In this document: positions 37,200 to 49,104 of the stretch, one piece after another | Layout of the letters: each line of letters begins with the position of its first letter | Position numbering within the stretch: position 1 is the stretch's first letter | Assembly: GCF_004010195.1 (NCBI RefSeq) | Contig: NC_057718.1 | Span: 56,747,872-56,801,459 of the forward strand | Reading direction: 5' to 3' | Length of the DNA: 53,588 bases | From: Chiloscyllium plagiosum | Taxonomy: Eukaryota | The notes under the pieces: generated by a model | The model's input: only the letters and a program-made list of their open reading frames with translations | Databases searched by the model: none | Told to the model about the DNA's origin: nothing | Program-made: the position numbers and the translations under genes

Positions 37200-38090
37200 A
37201 TTCACTCATGGGACATAGGCGACACTGGCTAGGCCAGCATTTATTTTGCATTCCTAGTTGTCCTCAAGAATGTGGTAGTGAACTGTCTTCTTTGACTGCT
37301 GCAATTCATGTGCTATAGAAGGCCCCCAGTGCTGTTATGGAGGGAATTCCAGGAGTTTGATCTAGCAACATCGAAGGACTGACAATTTATTACCAAGTCA
37401 GGATGGTGAGTGGTTTGGAGGGTAACTTGCAGGTGGTGGTGTCCACTTGTATCTGCTGTACTTATTCTTCTAGATGGAAGTGGCTGTGGGTTTGGAAGGT
37501 ACTGTCAAAGGACCTTCAGCAAATTTCTTGTAGTAGAACACGCTGCTGGTTCAGAGTCTTGGTGGTGGAGGGAGTGCATGTTTAGGGATGTGGTGGCAAT
37601 CAAGCAGGCTGCTGTGTTCTGGATGGTGTGAAGCTTCTTGAACATTGTTTGAGCTGCATTCATTCAAGTAAGTGGGGATTTTTCCTTCACACTCATGACT
37701 TGTGCATTATGGATGGTAGATAGAATTTGGGGACTTTCTGCTATATTCCTAACCTCTGACCTGCTTTTGTAGTCAGTCTATTTATATGGCAAGTCTAGTT
37801 GAGTTTCTGGTCAATTATATTCCCCAGGGTGTTGATCGTGGAGGATCCCATGATAGGAACACCATTGAATGTCACGGGCCTGTGGCTAGAATATCATTTA
37901 TTGGAGATTGTTATTGTCTGGTATTTGTGCAGCACGAATGTTACTTCCACTTTTCAGTCCAAATATGTACATAATTCAGGTCTTGTTGCATTTGAATATG
38001 GACAGCTTAAGCATGAGGAGTCATGAACAGTGAGGACATTGTGTAATCATTGGCAAACATTCCTACTTATGACCTTATGATGGAGGGTTG
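37200..38090 (-). mobile_element. LINE of the 10.6-11.8 kb family, 3' part
   Basis: Starts with the reverse complement of that family's tail (TTCACTCATGGGAC...GCCAGCATTTATT) and continues into its RT C-terminus. Confidence 0.7.
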
Positions 38091-38383
38091 TCTACTAAAT
38101 TTGTTATAATGTTTTAGCATTTTCCCCATTACTGATGTCAGACAAATTGGTGTATAATTCCCTGTTTTCTCCCTACCTCCTTTTTTAAATAGGAGTTATA
38201 TTAGCAGACCTCCAATCCATGCTAACTGTTCCAGACATAGAATCTTAAAAGGTAACCAACAATGCATCCATTAATTCCAGGCCACTTCTTTAAATATTCT
38301 GGGACCTAGATCATCAGGCCCTGAGGTTTTATCAGCCTTCAATCTATCAACTTCCCCTACACGACTTACCTACTATTACAAGG

Positions 38384-40723
38384 AAATGTTCTGATTTAGT
38401 ATGTGGATGTACCTACGAGAGAAGGTGCAAAACTTGACCTACCGTTGGGAGAAGGCAGGGCATGTGACTGAGATAAGTGTCAGTGGGGGAGCACTTTGGG
38501 GTCAGTAACCATTTCTATTAGTGTTAAAATAGTGATGGAAAAAGATAGACCAGATCTAAATGTTGAAGTTCTAAATTGGAGAAAGGCCAATTTTGACAGT
38601 ATTAGGCAAGATCTTTCAAAAGCTGATTGGAGGCAGGTGTTCGCAGGTAAAGGTACGGCTGAAAAATGGGAAGCCTTCAGAAAGGAGATAATGAGAGTCC
38701 AGAGACAGTACATTACTTTAAAAATAGGAAAAGCTGGTAGATATAGGGAATGCTGAATGACTAAGTAAATTGAGGGTTTGGTTAAGAAAAAGAAGGAAGC
38801 ATATGTCAGGCATAGACAGGTTAGATCGAGTGAATCCTTAGAAGAGTGGAAAGGCAGTAGGAGTATACTTAAAAGGGAAATCAGAGGGGCAAAATAGGGA
38901 CATGAGATAGCTTTGGCAAACAGAGTTAAGGAGAATCCAAAGGGTCTTTACAAATACATTGAAGACAAAAGAGTAACTAGGGAGAGAATAGGTCCCTCAA
39001 AGATCAGCAAGGCAGCCTTTGTGTGGAGCCACAGGAGATGGGGGAGATACTGAACGAATATTTTCCATCAGTGTTTACTGTGGAAAAGGTCATGGAAGAT
39101 ATAGAGAGTAGAAAAATACATGGTGACATCTTGAAAAATGTCCATATTTCAGAGGAGGAAGTGCTGAATGTCTTGAAATGCACAAAAGTGGATAAATCCA
39201 CAGCACCTGATCAGGTGCACCCTAGAACTCTGTGGGAAGCTAGGGAAGTGATTGTTGGGCCTTTGCTGAGATATTTGTATCATTGATAGTCACAGTTGAG
39301 GTGCTGGAAGACTGGAAGTTGGCTAACGTGGTGCCACTGTTTAAGAAAGGTGGTAAGGATAAGCCAGAGAACTATAGACTAGTGAGCCTGACGTCGGTGG
39401 TGGGCAAGTTGTTGGAGGGAATCCGGAGGGACAGGATGTACGTGTATTTGGAAAGGCAAAGACTGATTAGGGATAGTCAACATGGCTTTGTGCGTGGGAA
39501 ATCATGTCTCACAAACTTGATTGAATTTTTTGAAGTAGTAACAAAGAGGATTGATGAGGGCAGAGCGGCAGACGTGATTTATATGTGATTTCAGTCAGGC
39601 GTTCCTCATGGGAGACTGGTTAGCAAGGTTACATCTCAAGGAATATGGGGAGAACTAGCCATTTGGATACAGAACTGGCTCAAAGGAAGACGACAGAGGG
39701 TGGTGGTGGACGGTTGTTTTTCAGACTGAAGGCCTGTGGCCAGTGGAGTGTCACAAGGATCGGTGCTGGGTCCATTACTTTTCATCATTTATATAAATGA
39801 TTTGGATGTGAGTATAAGAGGTAAAGTTAATAAGTTTGCAGGTGTAGTGGACAGTGAAGAAGGTTACCTCAGATACAACAGGATCTTGACCAGATGGACC
39901 AATGGGCTGAGGAGTGGCAGATGGAGTTTAATTTAAATTGTGTGGTGCTGCATTTTGGGAAAGTAAGTCTTAGCAGATCTTAAAAGCTTAATGGTAAGGT
40001 GCTAGGGAGTGTTGGTGAACAAAGAGACCATGGAGTGCAGGTTCATAGCTCCTTGAAAGTAGAGTCGCAGGTAGATAGGATAGTGAAGGTGACTTTTGGT
40101 ATGCTTTCCTTTAATGGTCAGTGTATTGAGTACAGGGACTGTGAGGTTATGTTGCGGCTGTACATGACATTGGTTAGGCAACTTCTGGAATATTGTGTGC
40201 AATTCTGGTCTCCTTCCAATTGGAAGGATGTTGTGAAACTTGAATGGGTTCAGAAAAGATTTACAAGGATGTTGCCAGGGTTGGAGGGTTGAGCTAGAGG
40301 GAGAGATTGAGTGGCTAGGGCTGTTTTTTTTCCCTGGATCATCGGAGGCTGAGAGGTGACCTTACAGCAGTTTAGAAAATCATGAGAGCATGGATAGGGC
40401 AACGAGACAAGGTTTTTTTCCCTGGGGTGGGGAGAGACCAGAACTAGAGGGCATAGGTTTAGGGCGAGAGGGAGAAAGGTATAAAGAGACCTAACGGGCA
40501 ACTTTTTCACGCAGAGGGTGGTGCGTGTGTGGAATGGGCTGCCAGAGGAAGTGGTGGAGGCTAGTACAATTGCACCATTTAAAAGGCATCTGGATGGGTA
40601 TATGAATAGGAAGGGTTTGGAGGGATATGGGCGGGTGCTGGCTGGTGGGATAAGATTGAGTTGGAATATCTGGTCGGCATGGACAAGTTGGACAGAAGGG
40701 TCTGTTACTTCTCTATGACTCTG
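38384..40723 (+). mobile_element. Relatively young 5'-truncated CR1 (HER1-like) LINE, ~2.3 kb
   Basis: Near-continuous ORF2 with stops: LNWRKANFDSIRQDL, DWKLANVVPLFKKGGKDKPENYRLVSLTSVVGKLLE, QHGFVRGKSCLTNL, SGVSQGSVLGPLLFIIYINDLD, LLEYCVQFWSP. Ends CTCTATGACTCT. Confidence 0.92.
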
Positions 40724-41659
40724 ACACATTTCCTTCATTTCTTCACTCTCACTAGATCCAGTACTCCCCAACATTTTATTGATATTATTTGTGTCCTCCT
40801 TCGTGAAGTCATAACAAAATTATGCACTTAGTTGGTCTGCCATCTCTTTGGTCCCCATTATAACTTGCCCTGTTTCTCACTGTAACGGACCTATGTTTGT
40901 CTCCACTAATCTTTTTCGCATCACATCATTACATTAGATTTTGCAGATAGTTTGTATGTCTCCTACAAGTTTACTCGCGTAGTCTATTTCCTCCCTCCTA
41001 ATCAATCCCTTTATCCTCCTTTGTTGAAATTTAAATTGCTCCCAATCTTCGGGGCTACTGCTTTTTTGGGATCAATCTGTGTGCTCCTTCCTTGAATGAA
41101 ATACTATCCCTAATTGCCCTTATTAGCCTTGGTCAGGCCACTTTTCCTGATTTGTTTCTGTGTCAAACCAGAACGAACAATTGCTGCAGTTCCTCCAAGC
41201 ACTCTTTAAATGTTTGCCATTACCTTCCTGCAATGTAATGTTCCCCAATTTATCAAAACCAGCTTGTGCCTCATATTTTCATAATTTCCCTTCACTTATA
41301 TTCAAGACCCTAGTCTCAACTATGTTACTCTTATCTTAATGAAAAATTCTATCACATTATGGTATTTCCCCAAAGCGCAGCTAGAATATCAATTATTGCT
41401 TTCTCATTACACAACACCCAGTCAAGAATGGCTGTTCTCTAGTTGATTCCTCAAAGTATTGATCAAGACAACCATTCCATTCATGCTCCAGGAATTCCTC
41501 CGCTCTGGTATTGTTATTGATTTAATTTGTCTAAACCACATGCAGACTAAAGTCACCCATAGTTATTGTGGTACCTTTCTTGCTTGTGTCTCTAATTTCC
41601 CGTTTAATGCCTTTCCTAACATTGCCAACACAGTAGTATATAGTTAACCCCCACCTGAA

Positions 41660-42250
41660 CATTCAGGCTTGGGTTGGTTAGTGGCAATCAACATTCACAC
41701 CAGGGTTTGACCATCTGAACAAGAGAGAATCTAACCATCTCCCTTGATATTCAATGTCATTACCACTTATGAAAATCTCATGGGTCATCACACAACACAA
41801 GTCAAAATGTGGTGGAATACTCTTCACTTCCCTGAAGGAGTAAAGCTCCAAAAATAGAAAAAAACCCACATCAAAGACAAAGCAGACCACTTGATCAGAA
41901 TCCCATCAACCAACATTCAACCCTTTCACCATTAAAGCACATGACAGCACTGTGTACAGAATATAAGATGCAATGCAATAATTTACAAATGCTTTTTCAA
42001 CACTAAATCTACATCCTCTAATACCTGGAAGAATAAGGGCAGCAGATGCATAAGAACTCAATCACCTGTAAGATCTCCTTCAAGCCTCTCTCCATCCTGA
42101 CCTGGAAGTATATCAATATTACTGAATCAAAACCTTGGAACATCCTTCCTTCCTAACAGCACTGTGGATGTTCTTATTTGAAAGGACTACAATGAGATTT
42201 AAGGTGGTGGTGAATCACAAGGGCAATTAGAGAACTGGCAACAAATGTCA
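41660..42250 (+). mobile_element. LINE of the 10.6-11.8 kb family, degenerate 3' part
   Basis: Collinear similarity with 11020-11760 (e.g. GAGAATCTAACCATCTCCCTTGATATTCAATG; AAGGGCAGCAGATGCA). Confidence 0.65.
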
Positions 42251-44471
42251 ATATGACTTTTACAAAATGACATTAAAGATGTTATATAAATCAAATAGTT
42301 GTTGCTGTCTGGGGTACTAATGTCACAACACAAATAGAAAATAAGGTGTGGGTATGGCTGAGATCTTACAGGGGCTTGGCTATGGTGAGAAATGTGGCAG
42401 AATCACATAAATGCAACAGGGCTATCTTGATATCAGAAACAACTGTTTGCACCTTTTAATTAAAATCTGGGCATTGAGACAAGATTCTCTCAAAGCTAAG
42501 GTAAGCTGTAAATTAAAGGAGATTACTCATTGCTCTCAACATTTTTAACTGCACATCTTGCCTCATTAATATACAATTCTTAGTCTATCATCTGCTACAA
42601 GCAAACTATTTGCTGTGAATTTTCAACTTGGCAGTCAGAATGGGTACCTGATGATTTCAGGTCAACACTGGCTTCGATCAGCCTGCATGTTTATCACCAT
42701 TATCTCATGGGAACCAGCCGTTTGAAACTTGTCCATGCACACTGGCATCTAATAATGGTCAGAGTCCTCATGGCACCTCCTCATTCTATGTACAGGATGT
42801 TTAGGAAATTGAATCCTGCATTTCAGGGCATAGTGACAACTAGCATTCAAAAGCTGCTGCAAGGACACTTTACATGTAGAAGAATCAAGGAAACAGAGTG
42901 CATCATTCAGCATCTCGAGGCTGCTTGCATGGTTTCCTTACATTCGCTAGAATCTACATAGCTTCTTGCACGATCAACGTCTTTCCTTACCATGCTGAGT
43001 TGTACTATGTCTGTTTGTGCATTGGTACTTTAGCCAGTGCTTATAAGTTATTAGAACTGACATAATGATGTGATCTTTGTGCAGGCAAACAGCCTATTGT
43101 TCAGTAGAAATCTGTTTGGGGAAACTGGGAGACTGTCTTCCTATATGGCACACAAACACCAATCTAATATCACATCTGCAGCAACGTGTCAGTAGCCTGT
43201 ACAACCAAACAGTCATGTCAGAAAGTACAAGGGGGCTAGTCCTCAGTCCAGTTAAATGGGGGAACATTGTTGTTCAGGGAATCCTGTACTGTCAGTCACA
43301 GGTTACAGGCGTGGCCACATCTGTTATCCCCAATGGCCAGTCTGTCAGAGAGATATCTCAAAGGATGGGCAATGGTCAGTCCTATAGGGGCATCGTATGC
43401 AGTCAGGAGAATCACATATCGCCAATCAGGATGATGCAAAGACACTGGTCAGAGGTCTTATCGTTCATGTCTAGGGGCTGTTCATCAAAATCGGTCAGAG
43501 GTCTGGATGAAATGCAGATGGAAGTTGCAGCAGTGGTATCAGCAGGGTTTCTTTAGTCAACTCAATTGAATTGAGAGCTTGAGCAGAGCCGATACTCAGC
43601 TGGATTTACTCAACTTCCCTTTTTGAGACTGCCTTTAACTAATGAGTCCATGCGTTAATTGGTGACATGGATGTATGTGGGGCGAGGTTAGAGCAGGCTT
43701 GGCTGGGTGAGGGACAAGTAGAAGTAGGGACATGGACCATAAGACCACATGAAATAGGAACAGGAGTAGGTAGTTTGGTCCTTCATGTCTACTCTGCCAT
43801 TCAACAGAATTATGGCTAATCTGACATCTGATTTTCTTGACTCTCCTGCCCTCTCCCTGCAAACTATTATTATGGATCTATCTATCTCAAACTTAATTAT
43901 ACACAAGGGTGCTGTTCCCCCAGCTCTTTGTAACAAAGAGTTCCAAAGACTCTTAACCCTCTATGAAAATAAATTCCTCATCATCTTAGTCTGAAATTCT
44001 GAGACTAGACTCTCCCATGAGGGGAAACCTCCAGTCAGCATTTACTCTATCAAGCCCATTAAGAATTCTATATGTTTCAATGAGATGATCTCTCATTCTT
44101 TTAAACTCCAGTCAATTAAGTCCCAACTTATCAACCTTTTCATCATAAGACAATCCCTCCATATCCAGGATTGTCCTAGTGAACATTCTCTGAAGTCCAG
44201 CTCACGAAATGCTATCTTTCCTTAAGTAAGGGTTCTAACCACACTACTCAAGATGTAGTCTCAGCAGTACCTTGTACAGATGCACTGAGACATCCCCACT
44301 CTGATACTCCAACCTCCTTGAAATAAAGGCCAACATTCCATAAGACTATAGACCACAAGATATCTGAACAGAATTAGACCTTTTGGCCAACTGAGCATGG
44401 CTAATCTGTTTCTCAACACTGTTCTCCAGCCTTCTCCTGAAACCCCTGATCCCTTTACCAATTAAGAAGTT

Positions 44472-44977
44472 GGAGGAGAAAGTGAGGACTGCAGATGCTG
44501 GAGATCAGAGCTGAAAATGTGTTGCTGGAAAAGCGCAGCAGGTCAGGCAGCATCCAAGGAACAGGAGAATCGACGTTTCGGGCATAAGCCCTTCTTCAGG
44601 AATGAGGAAAGTGTGCCTAGCAGGCTAAGATAAAAGGTAAAAGGAGGAGGGACTTGGGGGAGGGGCGTTGGAAATGCGATAGGTGGAAAGAGGTCAAGGT
44701 GAGGGTGATAGGTCAGACTGGGGTGGGGGCGGAGAGGTCAGGAAGAAGATTGCGGGTTAGGAAGGCGGACTCAGCACCGCCTTCCTAACTTGCAATCTTC
44801 TTCCTGACCTCTCCGTCCCCACTCCACTCCGACCTATCACCCTCACCTTGACCTCCTTCCACCTATCGCATTTCCAACGCCCCTCCCCCAAGTCCCTCCT
44901 CCCTACCTTTTATCTTAGCCTGCTGGGCACACTTTCCTCATTCCTGAAGAAGGGCTTATGCCCGAAACGTCGATTCT
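44472..44977. mobile_element. Young Penelope-like fold-back insertion, ~205-bp inverted arms
   Basis: 14-bp TSD CCAATTAAGAAGTT (44458-44471 / 44978-44991). Arms 44564-44768 and 44777-44979 with an 8-nt loop. Confidence 0.88.
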
Positions 44978-44979
44978 CC
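44937..44979 (+). ncRNA. Minimal type I hammerhead ribozyme motif; identical core on the minus strand at 44564-44603
   Basis: CTGAAGA (44944-50) A GGGC-TTAT-GCCC GAAA CGTC: intact CUGANGA and GAAA cores, 4-bp helix II, GUC cleavage triplet (cut after 44971), palindromic ACGT helix III. Helix I pairing is weak. Confidence 0.7.
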
Positions 44980-47426
44980 AATTAAGAAGTTATCTATCTT
45001 CATCTTAAAGACACCAACGATTTTGCCACAGAAGGCTGCGGAAGCTATGAGTTCCACAAATTTACCTGCTCGCTGAAAAAATTCCTCAACATCTCACTTC
45101 TAAAGTGCCATTCCTTCACTGAGGCTGTGCCCTTGGGTCCTAGTTTCTTTTACTAGTGGAAATATCTTCTCCATATCCACTCTATCCAGGTCTCTCAGTA
45201 TTCTCTAAGTTTCAGTGAGATCCCCTTCATGCTTCTCAATTCCAGTGATTAGCATTCCCCGATTTCCTACTGCACCTGTGTGCTAACTTCCTGCATTTTC
45301 ATCTCCAAGACACTTTGTGTTGTAGCTTTCCGCAGTTTTTCTCCATTTAAATAATACTCTTTTGTTCACTCTTCCAAGATGAATTACACATTTTGCCACA
45401 TTATACTCCATTTGATAACATTCTGCCAAGTTACTTAATCTATCAATATATCTCTAAACTGTTTGTATCCCTCTTGCACCTTGCCTTTCCACCTATTTAA
45501 GTGTTTTCTGCAAATTTGGCTGCAGTACATTCGCTTCCTTCCTCCAAGTCAATATATTGTAAATAGTTGCAATCCCAGCATGGATTGCTTTACAATCCCA
45601 CTGGTTAGAGATTGCTAACCTATCCATGCCGATATACCATCCATTACCTTATGACTTACAGCTCTTATCTTATGACTTAACCTTTTGTGAGGTAACTTGT
45701 TGCAAGCCTTATTGAAGTCCAAATACAACACATTTACTGGTTCCTCAGTATCCACTCTGATGAGTCTTCTTCAAAAACCTCTAATAAATTAGTCAGACAC
45801 TATTTCCCTTTCAAGAAGCTATGCTGACTCTGCTTGATTAGATTATAATTTTCCAAATATGACCATGATAGTAGGGGGCAGTTTGTCAAGATGTAAAGGA
45901 GGCAGACAGAATAGTATGAGAGGGCATGATCAGCTATAGGTCCGGGTTTTGTTTGCAGTTACCACCATTGGTTCCTCCACAAGCGGACCATTAGAAGACC
46001 ACACAGATCATCAGTAAGGCATATTGTCAGGGTGCTGGGAGCAAGGAGGAAAGTTGGAGGCAAAATTTGATAGTGAGTCTCCACATGGGAATAAGCTATC
46101 AGGGTAGTGCAATGTCAAATGTAACAGGGAAGCTCTGAGATGGTATCTGTCAGTCAGGCAGAGCCTGTTTTGACGGAAGCTGCCAGGAGTTGCTGAATGA
46201 CAAGGTTATATGGTCTTATATAATTAAGGGAATGTTACCCTCACAAGATACTTTCCGTGATTTACCCTTCTTGCTGATATCTTATACTATTTCCTTCAGT
46301 GAATCCAAGATTTCTGTTTGTGGCTGGACAATAATTGTAGAATCCAAATAGATGTTTTCTAATCAACCTGTTCATAGATGATTTTACATGACTCTGGAGC
46401 AGTTGGAACTTGAATCCAAGCCTTAGAGGTAGGAACCCTACCAATGTGCCACAAGAGTGCCCATGAATCCAAAGAAGCTATAGTGAATGCAGTTCTAGGC
46501 CAGTTGTCAAGCAACATACCACACCTATGTTGCTTATCCATTATAGGGAGCACATGGCCATCAACTACTGCTCTCCTTTAGCAATGTAAACAATCTAAGA
46601 TTTTTCTCGCTATTGCATGATATTATGTATTTATATTTCAACACCGCACTCAATTCAGTTTTCCATTTTTACTTCAAGTTATCTTTAAATTCTAAAATAG
46701 TTTTTCGCAAAGGAATAAAATTTGTGCCATCATTCTTTTAGTGAAAGGTTGAAATGTTATCAGGAACAGAGAGATTTTTTTTAAAATAGAGATTTTCAGC
46801 TCATGGAGGTTTATGGGGCAGGTTAACTCCTAATGCTGCTCTGATAATTAAACTCTCCAAATAGTTTCTTATCTTTGGCACACCACTACAAATGCTCTTA
46901 TAAAAAATCACAGATTACATCTATTTTAAGAAATTGATTGCAGGCTTTGATTTAGTTGGTGAAACAATCCGCCTCCAATGCTTTTCATGCTATCCAGTCA
47001 ATCTGGACTGGTATTGCCTTGGTCTACTTTTATTGTCCAGTCACAACCAGAAAGTTTCCTGTAATATTGATCTCATGCCAGCAGTGTTAAATCCTGAATA
47101 CCACAACGATCTACATCAGCCCTCTTATGATGGTCATTTGAATGCTGCTCCACAGCAACATCATCTGAAACATGATGCAAGGTTCCACATGTATATCACT
47201 ACATCACCAACTCTTGATCATCTACTTTGTTCAATGTCTGGCTTTTTGTCTGACATCCAGTGCTGGATGGAAAGAAATTGTTTTCTAATTCAATATTTGC
47301 AAGACACTATTTCTACTCCTGTCATAATCATCTGTTCTTTAACCACTCATTCCATTCCTCTTGCTGGACACTTTTGTGAAGACTGCTCATAGCCAGCTTA
47401 CTTGCAACCTGTGATTTATGTAACAC

Positions 47427-47642
47427 AGAGAAAGTGAGGACTGCAGATGCTGGAGACCAGAGTTGAAAAATGTGGTGCTGGAAAAACACAGCCTGGAAAA
47501 GCACAGCAGGTCAGGCAGCATCCAAGGAGCAGGAGAATCGACGTTTCGGGCAGGAAGAAGGGCTTATGCCCGAAACATCGATTCTCCTGCTCCTCGGATG
47601 CTGCCTGGCCTGCTGTGTTTTTCCAGCACCACATTTTTCAAC
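47427..47642. mobile_element. Penelope-like fold-back insertion
   Basis: 12-bp TSD TTTATGTAACAC (47415-47426 / 47643-47654). Arms about 47461-47551 and 47566-47643. Confidence 0.82.
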
Positions 47643-48279
47643 TTTATGTAACACTGAACCTAGTTTTTGATCACATCCTGTGAATTATTGACAACTACTT
47701 ACATTTGTCCAAGTTCAGCTGGTAAAACTCCACATAACTCCAACTTATATGTTTCTATTTCTGCAAACTCCTCTGGTTTTCTTCCAATTCTGTGTATTCT
47801 GCTTCTAGACATCCTTTGCCTCATTATCAATGTCATGGCTTTACCTATCTAGATTCCCAAAATTGTCATTCCCACCCTAATCCTCCTTCCCTTTTTCTTC
47901 CTGTCAGTAACACTTTAAAACTTCTGTCTTTGACCAACTTTCTGGTCATTTGATTTTCTTTTCTTTGAATAGTTTCCATCTTATCTTGTCTATATCTAAT
48001 TCTGTGCAGCATCATAGAAGGTTTTATAGAATCACAGAATTGCTGTGGTGCAGGCATTATTCTGCCCATCAAGCCCACACCAGCTTTTCAAATGAGCATC
48101 ATTACCTGTTCCAATCTCCTATTTCCTTGTAGTCTTTCAAACTATTGCTATCCAAATAATCACCAATGCCCTAGAGTGCCTCAACTGAACCTGCCTGCCT
48201 ATACCTCATTTCCAGGCAGTGTATTCCTTATTGTAATTATTCATTGTATGAAAAACTTCTTTCTCATATCACCTTCCTC

Positions 48280-48602
48280 AGAGTTAAACAGCACAGAAAC
48301 AGACCCTTCAGTCCAACCTAGATATCTGACCAGACATCCCAATCTGACTTAGTCCCATTTGTCAGCATTTGGCCATATCCCTCCAAACCCTTCCTATTCA
48401 TATACCTATTCAGATGCCTTTTAAATGGTGCAATTGTACGTGCTTCCAGCATTTCCTTTGGCAGCTCAATCCATACAAACACCACCCTCTGCGTGAAGAT
48501 GTTACCCCTCAGGTCCTTCTTAAATTTTTCATCTCTGACCTTGAAACTGTGCCATCTAGCTTTGGATTTCCATACCCAAGGAAAAGTACCTTGGCTATTC
48601 AC
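48280..48602 (-). mobile_element. CR1 (HER1-like) LINE 3' end
   Basis: [46 protein letters not shown]; reverse counterpart of the 23.3 and 40.4 kb copies. Confidence 0.85.
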
Positions 48603-48927
48603 CTCCTCCTTCTGCACATCATCAAGCTAAAGGTGCTATATAAATACAAATTATGCTTAATATCAACAGTATCTTTATACTAAAATATTTTGCTACAGAA
48701 ATCTACTCCAAATAAATATTTTGAAGGTGAAATTGTACTCAGCGGGGCCACAGATCGGATGGTAACTTTCTATAGAGAATAAATGAAAGTGTGATTTCAG
48801 TTGAAAGAAAACATATTTACATTAGTACCATTTAACCACTGTTCAGTGCACAACTCAAATAGTTTTATGTAACTTTTCAAGCACCACAGATTTCAGCTAC
48901 TTGTAGAAGAAATCCAACAAAACTCAC

Positions 48928-49104
48928 ATTCCTTTCAACCTCAATAAGTCTATCTTTAACCTTCAATAGTTCACGAGTTACTTCTTGGTTCTCTCGCTCC
49001 CATTTTCTTGTAGTCTGGTTTTCTTCACCAGGTTTACCTTGCAAACCCTGCACATTTTTTTCCTCTTCTTGTCTCTGCTTGAGAGCATTATAGTTTTTCT
49101 TCAC
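48928..49104 (-). CDS. CCDC88A: CCDC88A/Girdin internal coding exon (first in window), 177 bp, phase 0-0
   Basis: Minus strand ttacag|GTG...AAT|gtgagt. Encodes VKKNYNALKQRQEEEKNVQGLQGKPGEENQTTRKWERENQEVTRELLKVKDRLIEVERN, matching the recalled Girdin segment KKNYEALKQRQDEE...WERESQETTRELLKVKDRLIEVERN. Confidence 0.96.

Larger units (their letters stand above)
37030..41650 (-). mobile_element. Old minus-strand CR1 LINE split into three pieces (~37030-37190, ~38090-38380, ~40725-41650) by younger LINEs
   Basis: HGFIKG...LTNILEFLEDL at 37.1 kb, NYTPICLTSVMGKML at 38.1 kb, and endonuclease-side sequence continuing after 40725. Confidence 0.65.
43737..45850 (-). mobile_element. CR1 LINE fragment with a second CR1 3' end (~44341-45247) nested inside
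   Basis: The outer element reads through AGGCCAACATTCCA | TTAGCATTCC once the inner piece is removed. RT motifs (QHSFLKGK, AKFAE) at 45.5-45.85 kb. Confidence 0.65.

Noticed and set aside
42470..43650. Possible PIF/Harbinger transposase remnants (WPLGDN-like on the minus strand near 43330; similar hints at 20.75-21.45 kb) and the 159-aa ORF 43077-43556
   Set aside because: Motif matches are too degenerate to support by eye and the ORF has no recognisable domain. A frameshift-aware HARBI1 profile search would be needed.
18138..47642. Recurring ~30-bp motifs with inverted symmetry as a CRISPR-like array
   Set aside because: They are dispersed, flanked by TSDs and lack regular spacers, and the context is a vertebrate intron. 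Penelope repeats explain them.
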